From: a virus
DNA: 64,000 nt
Virus record (IMG/VR): IMGVR_UViG_3300028394_000037
Direction: 5' to 3' (one strand)
The notes below the pieces were generated by a model, which had not been told where the DNA came from, did no database searches, and worked only from the letters and a program-made list of their open reading frames with translations. The position numbers and the translations under genes are program-made. Within the stretch, counting starts at the first letter, position 1. Each line of letters starts with the position of its first letter. Of the stretch, positions 8,942 through 15,024 are shown piece by piece.

Positions 8942-10418
8942 AATATAGTTTTAAATGAAATGATGCACTAATCTTATTTGGTGCAATTTGGTTTGCCATA
9001 AGAATAGATCTTGCCTTATCATCTGCCTGATCTTGAGTTAAATTCTTTTGTCCAATTTTTTTAGATTTATTGTATATATTTTTTCCTATTCTTTCAATAA
9101 TTTTTTCAGAATCCTTTCTATTCAAAATCCCTTTACTTACAATTCCAGACCATAAATCCAAAATAATTTCATCTTGTTTTTTTTGATTTCCTGAATTTTG
9201 AATTGCAAAAGCAATTTCTAATTTATTTTGTGCATTTCTATAACTTCCAATATATGATGATAGTGTTTTATTTTTAACTGATGGATCTATATTTTTTGCC
9301 AACACATCCATATACTTTTCTGAATTTTTCTTTTTATCATCATAACTTTTACCAATCATTTCACCATTACTAACAATATCAGGTGATAATGATTTGTTAA
9401 ATACTTGACCACGAATAGATTGCATCTTTCTAATAGCACCAGAATTATACAAAATAATATTTGCACCACTCATACCCATTGATCCCCCAGCGGCAGTCTT
9501 AAATTGTGCTTCTTTTTCAACTTTAAGAGATGAACTAGCATTATTATATCTAATACTATCAGTTTCTCTCTTATAACTAATTTTTCCATTTTTTTCCAAT
9601 GTTAGTTGATCTACTTCAACAACATATTTGAGAGTTTCATCAACTTTATAATATGTTGATTCATTTTTTATAGAATTAGTTCTAGATTTAACTGATGGAG
9701 GATTTGGTAGAGGTATTTCTTTTGATGGAAAATTTACAAATCCAATTCGTGAAGAATATACACCTTTAGTTGATGTCGCTTTCTTAAGAGAAATTGGTGC
9801 TAATTTTTTTTGTTCATATAATTTATAAATTAATCTATTCAAACCTACAATATCATCTATAGCATATTTTTTTTGAACATCATTTGGCATATTTTGAAAT
9901 GCATTTCCCATAACAACAGATAATTTGATATATTCTTTTATTTTATCTACTGCAGACTGATCAAAGAACCAAACATCAGCAGGATTCCATCTATCAGATT
10001 TTACATTAATTTTAAATGTACCCATATACACTTTATTTAAAAAAATACCAATATTACTAATTTTATAAAAGTAATCTTGTCTACATATTTCTAATTTTTT
10101 AGTAAATGAAACTTTTGGATTTTTTAAAAAATTTTCATTTTGTGATTTTAATGCTCCGTGCCAATCATCAGTTACAAAAAATGTTTTAGCATTACCCAAT
10201 TTCCTATTAACTGTAATAACATCCGATTTTAAATTTGAAAATTCATCTAATATTCCAAGTTTTTCAAGAGATCCAGTCAATTTATCTTTACCAGAAAAGG
10301 CATCAATCCAAAAATCTGGAGTTACTTCAATACCTCTTAATGTAAAATTTTGAGATTTTTTTTGAATGACATAATATACAGTCCACATTGTCTCTAAAAC
10401 AGTTGCAGTTGCAGCCAT
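8940..10418 (-). CDS. Hypothetical protein, putative PD-(D/E)XK-fold nuclease
   Basis: DRWNPADVW followed later by PISLKK. Very Lys/Asn-rich. Start moved to MAATAT (10418) because the track's longer N-terminus runs through a terminator and promoter. Confidence 0.55.
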   Translation of the reverse strand: MAATATVLETMWTVYYVIQKKSQNFTLRGIEVTPDFWIDAFSGKDKLTGSLEKLGILDEFSNLKSDVITVNRKLGNAKTFFVTDDWHGALKSQNENFLKNPKVSFTKKLEICRQDYFYKISNIGIFLNKVYMGTFKINVKSDRWNPADVWFFDQSAVDKIKEYIKLSVVMGNAFQNMPNDVQKKYAIDDIVGLNRLIYKLYEQKKLAPISLKKATSTKGVYSSRIGFVNFPSKEIPLPNPPSVKSRTNSIKNESTYYKVDETLKYVVEVDQLTLEKNGKISYKRETDSIRYNNASSSLKVEKEAQFKTAAGGSMGMSGANIILYNSGAIRKMQSIRGQVFNKSLSPDIVSNGEMIGKSYDDKKKNSEKYMDVLAKNIDPSVKNKTLSSYIGSYRNAQNKLEIAFAIQNSGNQKKQDEIILDLWSGIVSKGILNRKDSEKIIERIGKNIYNKSKKIGQKNLTQDQADDKARSILMANQIAPNKISASFHLKLY

Positions 10419-10437
10419 ATTCTTTGCATCTTTCTTA

Positions 10438-10444
10438 TATTTAG
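10438..10444 (-). promoter_or_regulatory. Late promoter variant CTAAATA
   Basis: Abuts the terminator U-tract, 20 nt upstream of ATG 10418. Confidence 0.65.
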
Positions 10445-10476
10445 AAAAAAAAAGACCCCCCTTGTGAGGGGGGTCT
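10445..10476 (-). terminator. Intrinsic terminator
   Basis: 10-bp stem AGACCCCCCT/AGGGGGGTCT, 4-nt loop, U9 tail on the minus strand. Confidence 0.9.
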
Positions 10477-10499
10477 CTGTACAAATTTGTAAATAGTTT

Positions 10500-11066
10500 T
10501 CAACCTAGAATAGAATTTCTCCAATTTTCACTCATATTCACCATAATTCTTTCTGCTGCTTCTACAGTTTCAGCATATCCTTCATCTAAAAGATGTGAAA
10601 GAATGAGGTCATAGAGGTCATAAGAGTTGTTTAGATTTTTTCTATTATTATAAACTGCTTTTACCGCATTAAATGAAACTCTATCCTTTTTCTTTTCATC
10701 ATCAGAGAGATTGGAATATGGAGTATTAGCAAGTACTGATCTTCTTTCTTTTTGTTCTGGAGTTTGATCGGCACTTGTTTTTGCTGTTCTTGCCCATCCT
10801 TGGTGAACTGCATCGGAACCTGCTTCGGTTGAAGTTCCACTACCACTTCTTTCACCTCTTCTGAGAGCACGAAGAGCAGCAGCAGCAGAAGAACGATTTG
10901 CTGCTCTACCAAAAGAATGTTTATCTCCAGTTGCTCTACCATATCCATATCTAGAATCTAATGCAGCATCAGATGCTTTTTCATAAGGACTATCTTCCTT
11001 TTCCATAATATTATTATAAACATCTAAATATGCTTCTTGAAGATTGCGTAATTCTTGTGAGTTCAT
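10500..11066 (-). CDS. Modular protein: leader, RyR-like domain, shared 38-aa module
   Basis: MNSQELRNLQEAYLDVY leader, SDAVHQGW...PYSNLSDDEKKKDR, then YDLYDLILSHLLDEGYAETVEAAERIMVNMSENWRNSI. Confidence 0.75.
   Translation of the reverse strand: MNSQELRNLQEAYLDVYNNIMEKEDSPYEKASDAALDSRYGYGRATGDKHSFGRAANRSSAAAALRALRRGERSGSGTSTEAGSDAVHQGWARTAKTSADQTPEQKERRSVLANTPYSNLSDDEKKKDRVSFNAVKAVYNNRKNLNNSYDLYDLILSHLLDEGYAETVEAAERIMVNMSENWRNSILG
10518..10634. repeat. 117-bp dispersed direct repeat, copy 1
   Basis: Matches 11543-11659 with 7 mismatches by hand count, including a 66-bp perfect core. Confidence 0.95.
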
Positions 11067-11086
11067 CTGTATGATTACTTTTTAGA

Positions 11087-11094
11087 TATTTATA
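11087..11094 (-). promoter_or_regulatory. Late promoter TATAAATA
   Basis: Exact consensus 21 nt upstream of ATG 11066. Confidence 0.8.
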
Positions 11095-11155
11095 AAAAAA
11101 GACCCCTTGGAGAAGTCTTGGAAAAGTTTGGAAAGTGGTTTTACTAATAAGTTGA

Positions 11156-12028
11156 CTATGGTTTTGAAAGAATTGGATCAACTTTAACATTTGAACCTGT
11201 TCTGTCATTTCTTCTTGCCGCTGCCTGATGGGCGTTACGTCTTTGAAAAAATTCTTTTGTAGGCGCTCCAGTATCTATGTCTCGTCTATCTCTTGCTCTT
11301 AATAATCCTGCTACTTTTTTATCAGAAATTTCATTAAGTTTTGAAAGAATTGGATCAACTTTAACATTTGAACCTGTTCTGTCATTTCTTCTTGCCGCTG
11401 CCTGATGGGCGTTACGTCTTTGAAAAAATTCTTTTGTAGGCGCTCCAGTATCTATGTCTCGTCTATCTCTTGCTCTTAATAATCCTGCTACTTTTTTATC
11501 AGAAATTTCATTAAGTTGCTCAAACTCTTCAAAAATACTTTCTCTCCAATCTTCGGACATATTCACCATAATTCTTTCTGCTGCTTCTACAGTTTCAGCA
11601 TATCCTTCATCTAAAAGATGTGAGAGGATGATGTCATAGAGGTCATAAGAGTTGTTTAGTGCTCTTGTTATTCTAGTAACATTTGATTGAGTTCTGTCTC
11701 TATTATCCCCAATACCATAAGGAATATTGCTCATTATTCTACCATATCCACCTTTCTTAGGTTTTGGGACAGTAGTTCCTGGGTTTGCAATTTTATCATC
11801 TGGTTTTTCGAACTTCTTTGGTCCACCATATCCAGTTCCGTCTCCCTTTTCACCTGAAAGTGGTTTTGATGGAGGTAAAGGAGGAAGTTTTCTGGCTACA
11901 TAAGGTTCTACCCCAGGTGCTCTTGCTTCACCAAAAATCAATCCATTTTCTTCCATTGCATCACGAAGTTCTTCATCATATACTGCCTGATATGCAAGTA
12001 AAGACTCTACTAGAATTCTTGAATCCAT
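11156..12028 (-). CDS. Modular protein: leader, Pro/Gly/Lys-rich block, shared 38-aa module, two identical 59-aa repeats
   Basis: MDSRILVESLLAYQAVY leader, YDLYDIILSHLLDEGYAETVEAAERIMVNMSEDWRESIFE, and LNEISDKK...DPILSK twice. Confidence 0.8.
   Translation of the reverse strand: MDSRILVESLLAYQAVYDEELRDAMEENGLIFGEARAPGVEPYVARKLPPLPPSKPLSGEKGDGTGYGGPKKFEKPDDKIANPGTTVPKPKKGGYGRIMSNIPYGIGDNRDRTQSNVTRITRALNNSYDLYDIILSHLLDEGYAETVEAAERIMVNMSEDWRESIFEEFEQLNEISDKKVAGLLRARDRRDIDTGAPTKEFFQRRNAHQAAARRNDRTGSNVKVDPILSKLNEISDKKVAGLLRARDRRDIDTGAPTKEFFQRRNAHQAAARRNDRTGSNVKVDPILSKP
11161..11517. repeat. Exact 177-bp tandem duplication (in frame, 59 codons)
   Basis: 11161-11337 equals 11338-11514; no mismatch found on manual comparison. 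Confidence 0.95.
11543..11659. repeat. 117-bp dispersed direct repeat, copy 2
   Basis: Offset 1025 bp from copy 1. Confidence 0.95.
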
Positions 12029-12053
12029 TTTACCTAGAATAGTATACTCTAAG

Positions 12054-12069
12054 TTTATTTATAAATAAA
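12054..12069. promoter_or_regulatory. Palindromic double late promoter
   Basis: Perfect 16-bp palindrome TTTATTTATAAATAAA with TATAAATA on minus (12056-12063) and plus (12060-12067). Confidence 0.7.
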
Positions 12070-12072
12070 ATA

Positions 12073-12095
12073 ATTTTTCCATTATCTGGAAAAAT
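12073..12095 (-). terminator. AT-rich hairpin after mazG, possible weak terminator
   Basis: 9-bp stem ATTTTTCCA/TGGAAAAAT, 5-nt loop, U-rich downstream on minus. Confidence 0.5.
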
Positions 12096-12103
12096 ATATA
12101 AAA

Positions 12104-12511
12104 TCACTTATCGTTAGGATCTCTATTTTCGGAGCGATAAACATCAAAAGCACCTTCGGGATAACGCTTACTGAGTTTTAAATAGTTACGTTCTAGAACT
12201 TCCTCAAAAGAAACATCAAGTGCCATACAGGCTTGTGCGGCATACCACATAATGTCACCAAGTTCAATTTTCAAATGTTCTATATTATCTTCATTATAAG
12301 GTTTTCCTTGAAGAAACATTTTCTTTACAATTTCAGTAAACTCACCTGCCTCTGCACTCATACCAAATGAAGCAGTAAGAAGACGAGGAACATCAGCATC
12401 AGCAAGTTCTAATTCAGTCAAACGAGCAAAAAGTGCTGCAAAATCAGTGCTTTCTTTACTTGTAGTTTGACGAACAAATTCAATATATTTTTGTGTATCT
12501 ATTTTAGACAT
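12104..12511 (-). CDS. mazG: MazG-like NTP pyrophosphohydrolase
   Basis: AEAGEFTEIVKK...ELGDIMWY...NYLKLSKRYP; conserved position after g41 in cyanophages. Confidence 0.93.
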   Translation of the reverse strand: MSKIDTQKYIEFVRQTTSKESTDFAALFARLTELELADADVPRLLTASFGMSAEAGEFTEIVKKMFLQGKPYNEDNIEHLKIELGDIMWYAAQACMALDVSFEEVLERNYLKLSKRYPEGAFDVYRSENRDPNDK

Positions 12512-13890
12512 TAGAATTTAAATCCCTCGAATGATTTTTTAGGTTTTTTTTCTTCTTCATAAGTATACTCTTCTTCCTTTCCATTGTCAATAATATCATC
12601 CTGTGCTTTTTGTTCACAATCATAAAGACGCATTTTAGCACGATCAATACCAACAACAAATCTTTTATTCATTGTTGGATCATTATATCTATTCTTCAGT
12701 TGTTTCACCATTATCTGTCCAAGTTGTTCCAACTCTTCAGTGCTAATAAGGGCAAACATAAGATCAGCAGTAGCAGGGAGACCAAAGGATTCAGAAGTAT
12801 CAGTAAGTTCAACATCAGAGTTACCATAACCACTACGAGTAGTCTGGGTAGCAGAAACAATTGGAACATTAAATTCAACTGCAAGACCTCTAAGTTCTTC
12901 AGCAATAGACTTGATATATGAATAAGAATTTGCAGAACCATTTGCTTTGTGCCTGGAGGAAGCACAAATATTAAGGTAGTCAATGAAAATAATATCAGGT
13001 CTAAATGATTTCTTAAGAGCAAGTTCATTCAAAAGTGCCTTAAAATGTCCAGAGTGTGCCGAAGCAGTTGGATATTCTTTAATAATAAAAGTTCCTTGTG
13101 TTTTCTTTGCAATACTATTTACCTTAGATTCAAACATAGACCTTGGCAAATCAGTAATATCTTTAATATTAACATTTAATAAATTTGCGTCAATTCGCTC
13201 AGCAATTTTCTCCTCTGCCATTTCAAGAGTGATGTAGAGAACGTTGCGCCCTTGCAATAAGACGGAACTAGCAACGTGGCACATAAAGAGACTCTTTCCG
13301 ACACCTGTACCAGCAAGAGCGATATTGAGAGTCTTAGTAGGTAAACCACCTTTAGTAATTTTGTTGAAATATTCAAGGTCAAATTCAATCTTTTGCTCCT
13401 TTTTATGGTAAGATTCATAACGTTTTTCATAGTCTAACAGATAGTCGTGTCCGATTGCAGTATCAAAAGATACTGCTAGGGCATCAGATAAGATTGATGG
13501 AATGCTATCACGATTTTTCTTTTCGTCTTTACCATCAGCAATATGAATAGATTCCATTAGAGCCAAATAAATGGCACGGTCACGACACCACTTTTCGGTA
13601 GTATCAACTAACCAATCAAATTCTATAGGAACATCATCAAGACATTCAATTAATTGTAAGACTTGTTTAAAACTATCTTCATTAATATCTTTAGATTTCT
13701 CAACTTCAATACAAAGAACTTCTTTTGTAGCAAGTTGATTATACTTTTGAACAAAATTTAAAATTTCCTGAAATACAATTTTTTGATTCGTGTCTTCAAA
13801 ATATTCTGGTTTAACGAAAGGAATAACCTTTCTTGTATATTGTTCATTATGTAAAAAATTTCTTAGAATCAAAAATTCAACTTTATCCAT
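12511..13890 (-). CDS. gp41: Replicative DNA helicase
   Basis: Walker A AGTGVGKS, ITLEMAEE, IFIDYLNI, SATQTTR, QLKNRY. Start taken at MDKVEF. Confidence 0.97.
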   Translation of the reverse strand: MDKVEFLILRNFLHNEQYTRKVIPFVKPEYFEDTNQKIVFQEILNFVQKYNQLATKEVLCIEVEKSKDINEDSFKQVLQLIECLDDVPIEFDWLVDTTEKWCRDRAIYLALMESIHIADGKDEKKNRDSIPSILSDALAVSFDTAIGHDYLLDYEKRYESYHKKEQKIEFDLEYFNKITKGGLPTKTLNIALAGTGVGKSLFMCHVASSVLLQGRNVLYITLEMAEEKIAERIDANLLNVNIKDITDLPRSMFESKVNSIAKKTQGTFIIKEYPTASAHSGHFKALLNELALKKSFRPDIIFIDYLNICASSRHKANGSANSYSYIKSIAEELRGLAVEFNVPIVSATQTTRSGYGNSDVELTDTSESFGLPATADLMFALISTEELEQLGQIMVKQLKNRYNDPTMNKRFVVGIDRAKMRLYDCEQKAQDDIIDNGKEEEYTYEEEKKPKKSFEGFKF

Positions 13891-14884
13891 AACTAAATTC
13901 TTTTCGTGCTGTCTCATCAAGTGCTTGCATTACTTCAGGTGTGAAGTATTTTTCAGGATTTTTTAGAATCTCTTTTGCATAGAGTTTCTTTCCATCTATC
14001 TCATAACGTCCAGCAACATTCTTCCAAAGTCCACCAAGTTCTCCCAATTCAAGAAGTCCATAATACCTATCTAAACCACGCTCATCATAGAACAAACGGA
14101 TTTCAACATCTTTATTTTCTTTACTTAAACGCGACTTAGCAGTCTTTGCCTTGATAATGTTTCCAATGACTTCTGTTCCATCTTTTTCTTTTTTCTTGCT
14201 GAGATACACGATAGTAGAACTGGCATACTTAAGACCAGAACCACCACCCATTTCTTTTGTAGGAACATAAGCACCGATGACATCGTAGGTATGATTGGTT
14301 ACAATCATTGGAATTTTTGCTTGACCAAGTTTGAGCGTAAGCATTCGGAATGCACCCTTTACAAGTTGAGATTTGGTCATATCTCTGACTTGCTTTTCAT
14401 TTAGGGCATCAGTAATCTCTTTATCAGTAGAAAGCATACCCAGAGAATCTAACACAAACATACAAGGTTTGCGATCATCCACTGGTGACTTAAGATATAT
14501 ATCTACTGCTTTCAGTGCCTTATTTCTAAAGTCTTCAATTGTAACGACTCTTACAACTACAAGACGTTTCGTATCAACACCACGACTTTCTAGAAGTGAT
14601 TTGGTGATTGCTGCCTCAGTATCAAAATAGAGACAATATCCATCAGGATTACTATCAAGAAAATTCTTAACGACAGCCAGACTGAAGAAAGTCTTTCCTG
14701 TAGAACTTTCACCTGCGATTGCAGTAATCTTGTTACCAGATACACCACCAAAGATACTCCCACTGACAAGAGCATTAAAGATGTATGAACCCGTATCCAC
14801 ATAAGTTTCAGTCTCATCAATATCTGATGCCAACTCTGTGTAGTCATCGCCAATTTCTTTTACAATATCTTTAAGAAAATCCAT
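13883..14884 (-). CDS. uvsX: RecA-like recombinase
   Basis: AGESSTGKT, YFDTE, VLDSLG, MGGGSGLKYASS. Confidence 0.97.
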   Translation of the reverse strand: MDFLKDIVKEIGDDYTELASDIDETETYVDTGSYIFNALVSGSIFGGVSGNKITAIAGESSTGKTFFSLAVVKNFLDSNPDGYCLYFDTEAAITKSLLESRGVDTKRLVVVRVVTIEDFRNKALKAVDIYLKSPVDDRKPCMFVLDSLGMLSTDKEITDALNEKQVRDMTKSQLVKGAFRMLTLKLGQAKIPMIVTNHTYDVIGAYVPTKEMGGGSGLKYASSTIVYLSKKKEKDGTEVIGNIIKAKTAKSRLSKENKDVEIRLFYDERGLDRYYGLLELGELGGLWKNVAGRYEIDGKKLYAKEILKNPEKYFTPEVMQALDETARKEFSYG

Positions 14885-14886
14885 AA

Positions 14887-15024
14887 TCAATCATCCTTTT
14901 TTTCATTTTTATTCAAATTATTCATCTTATAACTCCATAGTTTTTGATATAGTGCAGTATCACCCCCCAGTCTTAGAGCACTAAGAATAGTTTCAAGTTC
15001 TTTGTCGTTAATTGGCAATTCCAT
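14887..15024 (-). CDS. Small hypothetical protein, 45 aa (not in ORF track)
   Basis: MELPINDKELETILSALRLGGDTALYQKLWSYKMNNLNKNEKKDD. ATG overlaps the g43 stop (TAATG) and the ORF fills the g43-uvsX gap. Confidence 0.7.
   Translation of the reverse strand: MELPINDKELETILSALRLGGDTALYQKLWSYKMNNLNKNEKKDD

Noticed and set aside
10419-10484. N-terminal extensions in the ORF track (also 18081-18161 and 30420-30479)
   Set aside because: They run through terminator hairpins and promoters; downstream ATGs fit better.
10518-11659. Repeats as a CRISPR array or a diversity-generating retroelement TR/VR pair
   Set aside because: Only two copies, both in frame in coding sequence; mismatches are not confined to adenines; no cas or reverse transcriptase gene in the window.
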